Assembly: GCA_963668645.2 (NCBI GenBank)
Contig: CAXXWC010000021.1
Span: forward strand, 352,001-416,000
Length of the DNA stretch: 64,000 bases
From: Desulfobacterales bacterium
GTDB taxonomy: Bacteria; Desulfobacterota; Desulfobacteria; Desulfobacterales; UBA2174
Direction: 5' to 3'
The notes under the pieces were generated by a model. It did not search any database, was not told the origin of the DNA, and was given only the letters and a program-made list of their open reading frames with translations. This document shows, piece after piece, positions 9,541 through 19,772 of this stretch (position 1 is the stretch's first letter; every line of letters begins with the position of its first letter). A program made the translations under genes and the position numbers.

Positions 9541-11700
9541 CTACAGGCTGGGCGCCTGCAATGGTCCCTTTTTGAGGATGATGCGTGCATCCACGATGCT
9601 CAGCCCTTTTTCGTGAACGATGACCGGGTTGAGATCCATCTCTTCAATCTCGGGATAGGCTTCCACCAATTCAGAGCAGAGCAGCAGCAAGTTGACCAGC
9701 GCCTTCTTGTCGCAGGGCGGATTGCCGCGCACCCCGTCGAGCAGGGCGGCGGCCTGGATCGAGGCGATCATTTGGCGGGCCGTGGCGCGGTTGATCGGCA
9801 GGACCCGGAACACCACGTCCCTGAGCACTTCCACCATGATTCCGCCCAAACCGAACATGATCACCGGGCCGAACTGGTCGTCGACCTTGGTCCCGATAAT
9901 CACCTCTATGCCGGGGGAGGCCATCGGGGAAACGAGTACGCCGCGAATTTGGGCCCGGGGATCGAAGCGGCTGGCGCTTTTCATGATGGCGCTGAAACCC
10001 TGGCGCACCTGCTTTTCGGTCTTCAGCCCCACCATCACGCCGCCGGCGTCGCTCTTGTGCAGGATGTCGGGCGAAACGACCTTGAGCACCACCGGGCCGT
10101 CGATCTCGCGGGCTAGGGCAACCGCCTCTTCGGCCGTTGCGGCAACCCCGTCTTTGGAAACCGGCGCCCCGTGAAGCGCCAAAATCCGTTTGGCCTCGGG
10201 TTCGAGCAGGGCCAGGCGCCCCTCACCGGCCGCCGCCGCGATCAAGGCTTGGCATTCGGGCTGGGCCTTGTTGCCGTAGTTGAGCTCGAAGCTGACCTTG
10301 GTGTGGTAGGATTTCAGATAACGCCCGTATTCGGCCAGGGCCCCGATGCACTTGCAGGCCACGTCCAGCGAGTCATAAACTGATATGTCGTAGTAGCGGC
10401 ACAGATCCAGGGCATGGGGCTTTTCCGAAGCGAAAAGGCTGTGGATCACGATGGGCTTGTTGTACTTGCGCACCATCTTTCCCATCTGGTGGGCCGCGTC
10501 TTCTTCCTTCATCGCCAGGCCTTCGGCAAAACGGATCCCATAGCCGCCGAAGAGGCCCACCAAAAGCAACCCGCCCACGTTGGGATCCTGGAGAATGATA
10601 CGGGCGCAGTCGGCGAACAGTGAGGGATCGGCGTCGGTGCCGCCGGCCACGTCCACCGGGTTTGGCACCGAGGCGGCCGCAGGCAGAATGGCGCAGAGTT
10701 TTTTCTGGGTGCTTTCGCTGAGCCGGGGAATTTGCACCCCCAGGTCGGTGAGCAGGTCGGCGGCGATGGTGGCGTGCCCCCCCCCGTCGGCCAGGATGGC
10801 CACCTGGTTGCTCTTGATGGGTGGCAGACTCGACAGGGTTTCGGCCACCGGGAAAAGCTGATCCGACCTTTCGATCCAGATGATCCCAGCCCGCAAAAAG
10901 GCGGTGCGCGCCACCTCACTCATCCCGGCCAGGGCCCCGGTATGGGAGCCGGCCGAACGCTTGCCGGTGGCCGAGCGTCCGCTTTTGAGCAGCACCACCG
11001 GTTTTTCCAGGGTGGTCTTGTAGGCCTGCTGGAGAAACTCGCGCCCCTGGCGCATCCCCTCGACGTACATCAAAACGGCCCGCGTGTCCGGATCCTGGCG
11101 GAAAAACTCGAGGTATTCGTGAAACCGGATGTCCGCCTCGTTGCCCACGCCCACATAGTAGGAAAATCCCTTGCGGCTCTTGAGCTTGGCCTCGGTAATA
11201 AGGGTCAGGGCCATGTTGCCGCTCTGGGAAAGCAGGGCGATGTTGCCCTTGGGGGCATCGCGCATGCCCACCAGGTTCATCCCCTGATGCAGGTTCATCA
11301 TGCCAGAGGTGTTGGGCCCCACCAGCCGGATCCGGTTGGCCCGGGCCGTTTCCACCATCAAATCCTCCAGCTTGCGGCCCTCGACCCCGGTTTCGCCGAA
11401 ACCGCCGGCGATGACCACAGCCCCCTTGACCCCCTTGCGGCCGCATTCTTCGAGAAGCCGGGGAATCGATTTGGCCGGGGTGGTGATCAGGGCCAGGTCC
11501 ACCGGTCCCTCGATCTCCGAGATGCTCTTGTAGCATCGCAACCCCAGGACGCTGTCCTCTTTGGGATTGACCGGGTAGATCCGCCCGCCGTACTTTTCCT
11601 GCAGCAGGATGCGAATGGCCTGGTAGCCGCGTTTGGTGACGTTGCGTGAAGCCCCCACGATGGCCACCGATTCGGCCTTGAGCACCTTTTCCAAACTCAT
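9541..11700 (-). CDS. ADP-forming acyl-CoA synthetase (acetate-CoA ligase family, fused alpha/beta)
   Basis: AIVGAS, SQSG, SHTGALAG phospho-His motif, NPVDV; C-terminal ATP-grasp HKSDAGGV...FGPVIMFGLGG...DLNPV. Confidence 0.92.
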   Translation of the reverse strand: MSLEKVLKAESVAIVGASRNVTKRGYQAIRILLQEKYGGRIYPVNPKEDSVLGLRCYKSISEIEGPVDLALITTPAKSIPRLLEECGRKGVKGAVVIAGGFGETGVEGRKLEDLMVETARANRIRLVGPNTSGMMNLHQGMNLVGMRDAPKGNIALLSQSGNMALTLITEAKLKSRKGFSYYVGVGNEADIRFHEYLEFFRQDPDTRAVLMYVEGMRQGREFLQQAYKTTLEKPVVLLKSGRSATGKRSAGSHTGALAGMSEVARTAFLRAGIIWIERSDQLFPVAETLSSLPPIKSNQVAILADGGGHATIAADLLTDLGVQIPRLSESTQKKLCAILPAAASVPNPVDVAGGTDADPSLFADCARIILQDPNVGGLLLVGLFGGYGIRFAEGLAMKEEDAAHQMGKMVRKYNKPIVIHSLFASEKPHALDLCRYYDISVYDSLDVACKCIGALAEYGRYLKSYHTKVSFELNYGNKAQPECQALIAAAAGEGRLALLEPEAKRILALHGAPVSKDGVAATAEEAVALAREIDGPVVLKVVSPDILHKSDAGGVMVGLKTEKQVRQGFSAIMKSASRFDPRAQIRGVLVSPMASPGIEVIIGTKVDDQFGPVIMFGLGGIMVEVLRDVVFRVLPINRATARQMIASIQAAALLDGVRGNPPCDKKALVNLLLLCSELVEAYPEIEEMDLNPVIVHEKGLSIVDARIILKKGPLQAPSL

Positions 11701-11791
11701 GATTCCCCTCCCCGCTTGTACGGTCTCGGTTCTGACCGGACTGGTGTTTAGCGACGGCCGCCGCGTTCAAAAGGACGCAAACCCTCCGTGA

Positions 11792-12562
11792 TCAAGGCTT
11801 TTGCTTACGGCCTTCGAACTCTGCCAGCGATGCCTGGCGCTCCTTGGTGGAAACACAGGCCAGGCAGGCCTCGACCTCGTAGTCCATCAACGCATCGAGG
11901 CTCACCTCGCCGCGCGCCATCAGCAGGCCTTTTTTGATCATGGCGATGGAAAAGGCCGAATTGGCCGCGATCTTGGCGGCCGTCTGCATGCATTCCGCCA
12001 TCAGGTTTTCAAGCGGTACGCTGCGGTTGACCAGACCGATACGGGCTGCCTCCCGGCCGCTGATGTACTCGCCGGTAAAGAGCAGTTCGCAGGCCCTGGC
12101 TGGCCCGATCAAATCCTGGACTAGGCGCATGGCCCCGCCGGTGACCGAAGAGGTCACCTTGGCCTCGGGTGAGCCGATCTGGGCCTCGTCGGCGGCGATG
12201 CGGATATCGCAGGCCAGGGCCAGTTCGTAGCCCGACCCCAGGGCGTAGCCGTTGATGGCGGCGATGGTGGGCTTTTCGAAGCGGATCAGCCGGCGCGTGG
12301 CTTCCTGCAACTCCACCAGATAATCGCGGTAGGCCTCGATGCTGCGGGTCTTGGACTCTTTCAAATCCGCCCCGGTGGAAAAGGCCCGCCCTTGCCCGGT
12401 GATAATCAGTACGCGCATGGCCGGGTCACGGCGCACATCGTCCATGGCCGCCTGAAGATCGAGCCAGAGCTGCTTGTTCATGGCATTGAGCACCTCGGGT
12501 CGGTTGAGTTTGACCAGCGCGATGGCTTCCTGCTTTTCAAAGAGGATGCATTCAAAATTCAT
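11792..12562 (-). CDS. Enoyl-CoA hydratase/isomerase (crotonase) family protein
   Basis: LNRPEVLNA, AFSTGADL, KPTIAAINGYALGSGYELALACDIR. Start MNFEC chosen from the AAGGAG RBS. Confidence 0.9.
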   Translation of the reverse strand: MNFECILFEKQEAIALVKLNRPEVLNAMNKQLWLDLQAAMDDVRRDPAMRVLIITGQGRAFSTGADLKESKTRSIEAYRDYLVELQEATRRLIRFEKPTIAAINGYALGSGYELALACDIRIAADEAQIGSPEAKVTSSVTGGAMRLVQDLIGPARACELLFTGEYISGREAARIGLVNRSVPLENLMAECMQTAAKIAANSAFSIAMIKKGLLMARGEVSLDALMDYEVEACLACVSTKERQASLAEFEGRKQKP

Positions 12563-12836
12563 CGGCAATCTCCTTGCACGGTTGAAAAACGGTGATAGCT
12601 GAACGTTGACGTAACACCAACGGCAGATGATCCGGTCGCTGCGCAACCAAGGGGGTCGAAAAAACGAGCAGGCATCCCTGGCGGGACTTGGAATCCGGGC
12701 CGAAAAGCCCGGGAATGTCGTTTTTTTCCAGGCTGCCATATAATGGCACCCCTGGCAAGCCGTACTCAGCAAATCCCGGTGAACCCAAGATCTGTTGGTT
12801 CACCGAAAGGACGTAAAGCGTTGGACTTCGAATTGG

Positions 12837-14111
12837 TCAAGTTGACTGAAAAGAGGAATCTTGGTCATCGAGCACGGGTTCGCCCCGCGGATCGATGACC
12901 ATGGCCACCGACGACGAGGTGCTTTTCATCGGCATGAAGGTCCCCTGGTCTGCCACCGGAACGATGGATACCGACTCGAGGGTCCTCAGCCAAGCAGCCA
13001 GAGCCGCATAAACGGCGGCCACCATGCCGGTATAGGCGAACAGGCCGTGCGGGCCGCCCAGGATGCTCATCGTGCTTGCAGCCAGAACCGGTCCGATGCT
13101 GGCCCCCAGCCCATAGCTGAAAAGCAATCCGGAACTGACCGCCACCACCTGTCCGGGTTCGAAAAGATCGTGCCCGCGGGCCACGGCCACCGGGTAGAGG
13201 GTGAAACAGATCCCGCCGTAGACGGCCATGGCCGTCAGCAGAACCGCGAAGGAAGAACGGGCGGCAAACAGAACCACAAGGCTGAAAATCCCGATCAAGG
13301 CACCCAGGACTGGCAGGACCAGGGTCCGGTCCAAGCGGTCCGAGACGATTCCCACCGGCCATTGGAGGGTCAACCCGCCAAGGACTGCGGCGCCCATGAA
13401 ACACGACAGCTGGGAGACGTTCAGGCCGGAGGCGTGGGCGAAAACCGGCCCCATGGCATAAAAGGCGCTGTTGAGCAGCCCGGCGGTCAGACAGCCGAGC
13501 ATACCCAGGGGCGCCTTGCGCAGCAGGATCGGCAGTCCGAGCCGTTCGGTGGCAGGCAGGGCCGGCGAGATGGCCGACGTGACCGCCACCGGCACCATGG
13601 ACAGCGCCAGGAGCATTCCGGCCACAAAAAACGGGGTGCTGCTTTGCGGATCGCCCAGGTTGAGCAGCAGTTGGCCCAGGCCGATACCCAGGTAGGAAAG
13701 CACCATGTAGATGGAAAAGACCCTTCCACGGGCCTCGGCAACGGTGCACTCGTTGAGCCAGCTTTCGATGACCATGAACAGGCCGATGTTGGCCATCCCG
13801 CTCACCAGGCGCAGCAGGCCCCAGAACAAGGCTGAAAAATGGATCCCATGGAGCATCACCGTTGCGGTGGTCACCGCCGCCAGGGCCCCGAAGGCCCGGA
13901 TATGGCCCACGCGCCAGACCAGCCTGGGGCAAATCAGTGATCCCAGGACCAGACCGAGGTAGTAGGCCGCCTGAATCAGTCCGGTGGACAGGGGTGAAAA
14001 ACCGGCCATGGTCATGCGCAGGCTCAGAAAGGTGCCCAGGAGGCCCATGCCCATAAGTAGTGAAAAAACGGCCACATAGAGGGCCACAAAAGATGCCAGG
14101 GTTGAAAGCAT
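12837..14111 (-). CDS. MFS transporter (YcaD-like)
   Basis: About 12 TM segments; RVGHIRAF, IESWLN, QWPVGIVSDRLDR motifs. Start could be 14129. Confidence 0.88.
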   Translation of the reverse strand: MLSTLASFVALYVAVFSLLMGMGLLGTFLSLRMTMAGFSPLSTGLIQAAYYLGLVLGSLICPRLVWRVGHIRAFGALAAVTTATVMLHGIHFSALFWGLLRLVSGMANIGLFMVIESWLNECTVAEARGRVFSIYMVLSYLGIGLGQLLLNLGDPQSSTPFFVAGMLLALSMVPVAVTSAISPALPATERLGLPILLRKAPLGMLGCLTAGLLNSAFYAMGPVFAHASGLNVSQLSCFMGAAVLGGLTLQWPVGIVSDRLDRTLVLPVLGALIGIFSLVVLFAARSSFAVLLTAMAVYGGICFTLYPVAVARGHDLFEPGQVVAVSSGLLFSYGLGASIGPVLAASTMSILGGPHGLFAYTGMVAAVYAALAAWLRTLESVSIVPVADQGTFMPMKSTSSSVAMVIDPRGEPVLDDQDSSFQST

Positions 14112-14359
14112 GGCGCGCAGTCTGATCAATTTTTGAGCTTCTGTAAAGATCCAAATGACGATCCGGGAAGAAAAGCCATCCGCAATACCGGGACCATCCT
14201 TGCGGCGGGTGGTAGAAATCGTGTCAAACCGGCGCTTGACTTGCTCCGGCAGGTGGTTACCGTTTCAGACAAAAGCGATAAGAATCGATTCTGACAGCGT
14301 ATTTTCGAGAAAGAAACATTAAAGGAACCACCCGTCTAAATCATACAGGAGGTGTAATC

Positions 14360-14821
14360 ATGGTATTTCGACCATTGTGGAGCGTGCCGAGGTGGATGGA
14401 TACCGGTGTGTTGGACGAACTGAACCGCATGCAGCAGCTCATGGGACGGCTCTCCGGTGCCACGCAACCCCGTGGCGCGACGAACTATGCCACGGCGGGG
14501 GTTTTTCCGGCCGTCAATCTTTCCGAAGACCGGGACGGCTACTTCGTGCGGGCCGAGCTGCCGGGGGTCAAGGCCGAGGACCTGGAGGTCGAGGTGGTGG
14601 GCCGCAACCTGACCATTGCCGGCCAGCGTACCATTGCCATCGAGGGCGACAAGGTCTGCTATCATCGCCGCGAACGCGAAGGAGGAAAATTCTCCCGGGT
14701 GCTGGGCCTTCCGGCAGACATCGATGCCGAGAAAGTCACGGCCCGTCTGGTCAACGGCATTCTGACGGTTCAAGTACCCAAGGCTGCTACAGCCAGACCG
14801 CGTCAGATCAGTGTTCAATGA
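14360..14821 (+). CDS. Hsp20/alpha-crystallin small heat-shock protein
   Basis: FPAVNL..D, AELPGV, RER..GKFSR, A.LVNGILTV; AGGAGG RBS. Confidence 0.93.
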   Translation: MVFRPLWSVPRWMDTGVLDELNRMQQLMGRLSGATQPRGATNYATAGVFPAVNLSEDRDGYFVRAELPGVKAEDLEVEVVGRNLTIAGQRTIAIEGDKVCYHRREREGGKFSRVLGLPADIDAEKVTARLVNGILTVQVPKAATARPRQISVQ

Positions 14822-14843
14822 AAGTTGAAAGGAGGGATGCGCC

Positions 14844-15248
14844 ATGGTTGACACCAAAGAGCTGCAAGCCAAAAACAAACACGAAGTGAGCCAAGCTGCC
14901 GAACAGACCCGCCCGGGCAGGGTCTTCACGCCGGAGGTGGATATCTGCGAAAGCGACACCGAAATCCGGCTGGTGGCGGACATGCCGGGCGTGGCGCCGG
15001 AAGACCTGAGCATCGATCTGAAGGAAGACACCCTTACGATCAGCGGGGATGTCAAACCGCCGCAAGCCGAGGGCGAAACACCCATTCTGCTCGAATTCGG
15101 GGTGGGGCGCTTCTACCGCCAGTTTTCCCTGGCCGAGTCCATCGATCAGAATGGGATCGCCGCAACCCTGGCCGATGGGGTCCTCAAACTGACCCTGCCC
15201 AAGCATGCCAAGGCGACACCGCGCAAGATCAGCGTTTCGGCGGCTTGA
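14844..15248 (+). CDS. Hsp20/alpha-crystallin small heat-shock protein (tandem partner)
   Basis: TPEVDI.E, ADMPGV, FYRQFSL, A.LADGVLKLTLPK. Confidence 0.93.
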   Translation: MVDTKELQAKNKHEVSQAAEQTRPGRVFTPEVDICESDTEIRLVADMPGVAPEDLSIDLKEDTLTISGDVKPPQAEGETPILLEFGVGRFYRQFSLAESIDQNGIAATLADGVLKLTLPKHAKATPRKISVSAA

Positions 15249-15269
15249 CGACCGGCTTGGCGTTAAAGA

Positions 15270-15304
15270 GAAAGGCTCCGTGCGGGAAACGCACGGAGCC
15301 TTTC
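15270..15304. terminator. Bidirectional intrinsic terminator
   Basis: GAAAGGCTCCGTGC-gggaaac-GCACGGAGCCTTTC between convergent genes. Confidence 0.75.
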
Positions 15305-15387
15305 TTATAGCTTTATCTTGCAAGGGTAGGCAGCCCCAAAAGATTCTGCCGTCAACCGTCGATTTTCGGCAGGATGATTCGGTGGCG

Positions 15388-15666
15388 CTACTTGCCGCCG
15401 CGCTTGGAAGCCTTGATCGGATTGATCTTCTGCTTGTTTTCAACCACCGCGGCCGCAACATGGGTGGCCATGTTGCAGCGATCCCGCTGCCATTTGAGTG
15501 CCGGTTCAGGACAGGCCACACAGTACAAACCGGTGGCGAACTCTGCGGTGCGGCTGCATCCCTGGCATTGTTCCACGATGGTATGACAGGTCCCGCCATT
15601 ATAGGAACATCCGGACGCCTTCATAAACGGGCAATCCACCCCTGGACGAATCGTCGTGCAAATCAT
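15388..15666 (-). CDS. PxxKW-family cysteine-rich small protein
   Basis: MICTTIRPG..C.FM...GC...C..IVEQC.GC...PALKW...CNMATH...KINPIKASKR; GGAGG RBS. Confidence 0.88.
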   Translation of the reverse strand: MICTTIRPGVDCPFMKASGCSYNGGTCHTIVEQCQGCSRTAEFATGLYCVACPEPALKWQRDRCNMATHVAAAVVENKQKINPIKASKRGGK

Positions 15667-16062
15667 GGCAACCACCTCCCCTCTTGATGAGGTCGATAAA
15701 ATAGAAAAAGGCCGGACATCACACGTCACGGCCTCGGTTCAAGGTCTAAACTCCGTGCGGCGCCCATATATAGAAACGAAGGCCGATTTGTCAACCCTAA
15801 AGTTCCCCCTTTTTCCACTCGGCCCTTGCACTTTGTGGACCATGCGACTATCTTGGAGGGCCTTTTGGGCACCGACCAGACGCGATTTGCACACCGGCGA
15901 GGCTTGGCGGTGCCCGCAGGACATATAAACTTGCACAACCCGAACGACCAGCGCAAGCTGTTTTGCCCCATTGGAAAGCCGGCTGATGGGATCATCCGGG
16001 CGGTTTGCGCATCACAACGAGGACGCCCAGCTTAACGAGGCCCACTCGAAGATCGAGTGCAT

Positions 16063-17046
16063 ATGAACATCATCGAAGAAGCGCGCAACGTCGTCAAAAT
16101 CGAAGCCGAAGGGATCCTCGGCCTCATCGATCACATCGACCATCGTTTTGTCGAACTGGTGGAGATGGTGCTCCACAGCCCGGGTCGGGTCATCGTGGCC
16201 GGTATCGGCAAGAGCGGCATCGTGGGCCGCAAGATCGTGGCCACCCTGAACTCCACCGGGACCCGGGCCCTCTTTTTGCATCCGGTGGAAGCCATGCATG
16301 GTGACCTGGGAATGGTGGGGGCCGGCGACGTTTTCCTGGCCCTGTCCAACAGTGGTGAAACCGACGAACTGAACCTGCTGCTGCCCAGCATCCGTTCCAT
16401 GGGCTGCAAGATCGCCGCCTTTACCGGCAACGCCCACTCGACTCTGGCCCGCAACAGTGATCTGGTCATCGATACCGGAGTAGCCCGCGAAGCCTGCTCT
16501 CTAGGGCTCGCACCCACGGCCAGCACTGCGGCCCAACTGGCCATGGGCGACGCCCTGGCCGTGACCCTTACCCGCTGCAAGCATCTGAAAGCGGATGATT
16601 TCAGGCGCCTTCACCCCGGCGGCAGCCTGGGCCAGCGCCTTTCGGCGTCGGTGGGCGACATCATGCTCAGCGGCAGCGCCCTGCCCCTGGTGCCTGCCGG
16701 GACCGGCCTGCTCGAAGCCGTGGCCCAGATCGATCGCATCAGTCTGGGAGCGGTATTTGTCGTGGGGCCGGATCAAGCCTTGGCCGGAATCATCACCGAC
16801 GGCGACATCCGCCGGGCCGTAGCCCGCCGCCAGAGGCTGGAAACGCTGATCGTGGACGACCTGATGACCACCGAGCCGCTGACCATCGGCCCCGAGGCCC
16901 CGGCCTACGACGCCCTGAATCTGATGGAAGCCCGGGAGATCACCATCCTGCCGATTACCGGACCGGGTGGCAAGGTGGTGGGACTTTTGCATCTTCACGA
17001 CATCCTGGGCAAGGGCGCCTTCAAGTTCAACGGCACCCTGGCCTGA
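16063..17046 (+). CDS. kdsD: D-arabinose-5-phosphate isomerase, KpsF/GutQ family (SIS + CBS domains)
   Basis: GIGKSG, FLHPVEAMHGDLG, LAPTAST, HPGGSLG, two CBS domains. Confidence 0.92.
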   Translation: MNIIEEARNVVKIEAEGILGLIDHIDHRFVELVEMVLHSPGRVIVAGIGKSGIVGRKIVATLNSTGTRALFLHPVEAMHGDLGMVGAGDVFLALSNSGETDELNLLLPSIRSMGCKIAAFTGNAHSTLARNSDLVIDTGVAREACSLGLAPTASTAAQLAMGDALAVTLTRCKHLKADDFRRLHPGGSLGQRLSASVGDIMLSGSALPLVPAGTGLLEAVAQIDRISLGAVFVVGPDQALAGIITDGDIRRAVARRQRLETLIVDDLMTTEPLTIGPEAPAYDALNLMEAREITILPITGPGGKVVGLLHLHDILGKGAFKFNGTLA

Positions 17047-17097
17047 ATCGCCGGGGGCTTGCCCGCTGCCCGATCCCAATTTTTCAAGGAGAACAAT

Positions 17098-18450
17098 ATG
17101 GACCTGGATTTCGCAAGCCTGAAATCCGAAGACACCCAGATCTTGTCCCTCGGACCGGCCAAGATCCTCTCGCCGCTGCGCGAACGCCCCGGAAGCGACG
17201 GCCTGTACTTCGTCAGCGACCAGGATCGGGCACTGATCGATGTCAACCCCGAGCGCATGCGGCGGCTGGTACAGGAGGGAGGCGAACCGCCGGCCTTCGA
17301 AATGGCCGGTCCGCGCGAAACCATCTATTTCGATCCGAGCAAGCTGCGCTGCGCGATGGTCACCTGCGGCGGCCTCTGCCCGGGGCTCAACGACATCATC
17401 CGCGCCATCGTTCTGGAGCTTTACTACCATTACGAGGTTCGCAAGATTTACGGAATCCGCTACGGGTTGCAAGGATTCATCCCCAAATACGGCCACGATC
17501 TGCTCGATTTGACCCCTCGGGCGGTGACCCATATCCTCGACGTGGGCGGCTCGATTCTCGGCTCCTCGCGGGGGCCCCAGGACACGGACGAAATCGTCGA
17601 CAGCCTCGAGCGCATGAATATCGGGCTGCTTTTCATGATCGGCGGCGACGGCACCCTCATGGCAGCAGCGCGCATCGCCGATACCATTGCCGAGCGCGGC
17701 CTTAAAATCAGCGTGGTGGGAATTCCCAAGACCATCGACAACGACATCTTCATGCTGGCCCGCAGTTTCGGATTCGACACGGCGGTGGACATCGCCACCC
17801 AAGCCATCGAGGCGGCCCACAATGAAGCCCAGGGCTATCCCAACGGCATCGGGCTGATCAAACTGATGGGTCGCAACAGCGGTTTTATCGCCGCCACGGC
17901 CGCCCTGGCCCAGCAGGATGTCAATTTCGCCTTGATCCCGGAGGTCGATTTCGACCTGGACGGCCCCCATGGGCTCCTGGCCACCCTGGAAGAGCGTCTG
18001 GCGCAGCGCAGCCACGCGGTCATCGTGGTGGCTGAAGGGGCCGGCCAGAAATTCTTCAAGTCCGAAAAGCCCGAGTACGATGCCTCGGGCAACATGCGCC
18101 TCATCGATATCGGTTTGTATTTAAAAAAGGAAATCACCCATTATTTCAAGGAACGGGGGGTGGACATCGCCTTGAAGTACATCGACCCGAGCTACATGAT
18201 CCGCAGCCTGCCGGCCAACGCCAACGACAGCGTCTTTTGCGGCTTTTTGGGCCGGGATGCCGTCCATGCCGGGATGGCCGGCAAGACCCGCCTGCTGATC
18301 GGCAACTGGAACAATCATTTCGTCCACGTGCCGATGGCCCTTTCGGCCGGAAAGCGCAAAAAGGTCAACCCCCACGGCAAACTCTGGCGCACCGTGCTCG
18401 AATCGACGGGTCAGGGAAGGTTGCGCAACCAGGCGCCGGAGGACGAATAG
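17098..18450 (+). CDS. pfkA: 6-phosphofructokinase (PfkA superfamily, GGDG...PKTIDND)
   Basis: TCGGLCPGLN, GGDGT, PKTIDND, MGRNSGFIA, YIDPSYMIRS. GGDG(T) suggests ATP dependence. Confidence 0.92.
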   Translation: MDLDFASLKSEDTQILSLGPAKILSPLRERPGSDGLYFVSDQDRALIDVNPERMRRLVQEGGEPPAFEMAGPRETIYFDPSKLRCAMVTCGGLCPGLNDIIRAIVLELYYHYEVRKIYGIRYGLQGFIPKYGHDLLDLTPRAVTHILDVGGSILGSSRGPQDTDEIVDSLERMNIGLLFMIGGDGTLMAAARIADTIAERGLKISVVGIPKTIDNDIFMLARSFGFDTAVDIATQAIEAAHNEAQGYPNGIGLIKLMGRNSGFIAATAALAQQDVNFALIPEVDFDLDGPHGLLATLEERLAQRSHAVIVVAEGAGQKFFKSEKPEYDASGNMRLIDIGLYLKKEITHYFKERGVDIALKYIDPSYMIRSLPANANDSVFCGFLGRDAVHAGMAGKTRLLIGNWNNHFVHVPMALSAGKRKKVNPHGKLWRTVLESTGQGRLRNQAPEDE

Positions 18451-18452
18451 GA

Positions 18453-19772
18453 TCAGGGGGCGAGCGGGCCGGCGGGCAGGAGCCCATCGATGACGGCGGC
18501 ATGCCGTGCCGCAGCGCCACGGTTGGCCGCCACCACTTCTTGCCCGGATCGACCCGCGGCCCGGGCCAGATCCGGAGAGCCGAGCAGATGAAGAACGGTT
18601 TCGGCCAGTTGATCGCTGTCGCTCACCTGAAAAACGGCCCCGGCTGCTACCAGCGCATCGGTGGCGGCCCTGAAATCGTCCATGTGCGGCCCGCAGATCA
18701 CCGGTTTGCCCCAGGCGGTGGCTTCCAGCAGGTTCTGCCCCCCGCGCGGCACCAGACTGCCGCCGCAGAACACCACGTCGGCAAGACCGTATAATGCTTT
18801 GAGCTCCCCGATTGTGTCCAGCACGATGACCGGTGCACTGCGCGTCGCGGCCGAATCGGCCAGCACGGTGCGCCGCTGGCAGTCCAATCCCTGGCGCCGC
18901 ACCTCTTCCATCAATGCGCCCACCCACTGCAAATGACGCGGGGCGATGACCAGCACAGCATTGTCAAAGACACGGCGCACCCGGCAATAGGCCTCGATGA
19001 CCGGCCGCGCTTCACCCCGCCGGATGCTGCCTGCCACGATGACCGGCACCGATCCGTCCAGGTGCAGGCAGCGGCCCAGCAAGGCCGCTGTTTTCGGATC
19101 CGGCGAATCCCGGGCCAGATCGAATTTGGCATTGCCGTTGACCACGATGCGCGCTTCCGGCGCACCCAATCGTACCAGGCGCTGGGCATCCTCGACATCG
19201 ATGACGCTCAAGGCCGTCATATTCTTTAAAACCGCCGCCATGAGCCCCTGGATGTGCTGGTAGCGCCGGATCGAACGGCAGGAGATCCGCCCGTTGACCA
19301 GAGCGGTGGGCACGTTGCGGCGCTGGGCCGAGATCAACCAGGTGGGCCAGATTTCGGTTTCAACGCAGACCATCGCATCGGGACGCATCCAATTCAAGGC
19401 CCGCTTGACCGATCCGGACCAGTCCAGCGGCGCCAGCACCGAAACGGCGTTGTTGCCCAATCGCTCGCGGGCCTCATCGAGACCGTGCTCCGTGGTGGTC
19501 GAAAGCACCAAACCGGCATCGGGACGGATGCGCCCGAGTGCTTCGGCGATGGCCGTTGCCGCGTTGACCTCTCCCACTGAAGCCGCGTGCAGCCAGACCC
19601 GCGGTGATCGGGACGGGCGCACTGCGCCGCTTGTGCCGTATGCCCCCAGACGCTGGCGCAGCCCACGGCGATGCTTGCCGCTCAAGCTTGAATAGAGCCA
19701 GAAGCCGGGCAGTCCGGCAAACAAAAGGCCCGTGCACAAGAGGCGGTAGGCCGGATACGCCAGATCCATCAA
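18453..19772 (-). CDS. waaA: 3-deoxy-D-manno-octulosonic acid (Kdo) transferase
   Basis: WLHAASVGE, ETEIWP, IAPRH, DTIGEL, GGSL..GGQNLLE. Confidence 0.93.
   Translation of the reverse strand: MMDLAYPAYRLLCTGLLFAGLPGFWLYSSLSGKHRRGLRQRLGAYGTSGAVRPSRSPRVWLHAASVGEVNAATAIAEALGRIRPDAGLVLSTTTEHGLDEARERLGNNAVSVLAPLDWSGSVKRALNWMRPDAMVCVETEIWPTWLISAQRRNVPTALVNGRISCRSIRRYQHIQGLMAAVLKNMTALSVIDVEDAQRLVRLGAPEARIVVNGNAKFDLARDSPDPKTAALLGRCLHLDGSVPVIVAGSIRRGEARPVIEAYCRVRRVFDNAVLVIAPRHLQWVGALMEEVRRQGLDCQRRTVLADSAATRSAPVIVLDTIGELKALYGLADVVFCGGSLVPRGGQNLLEATAWGKPVICGPHMDDFRAATDALVAAGAVFQVSDSDQLAETVLHLLGSPDLARAAGRSGQEVVAANRGAAARHAAVIDGLLPAGPLAP

Noticed and set aside
14150..14360. CIRCE or ROSE heat-shock element upstream of the hsp20 pair
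   Set aside because: No TTAGCACTC-N9-GAGTGCTAA and no convincing thermometer hairpin seen.
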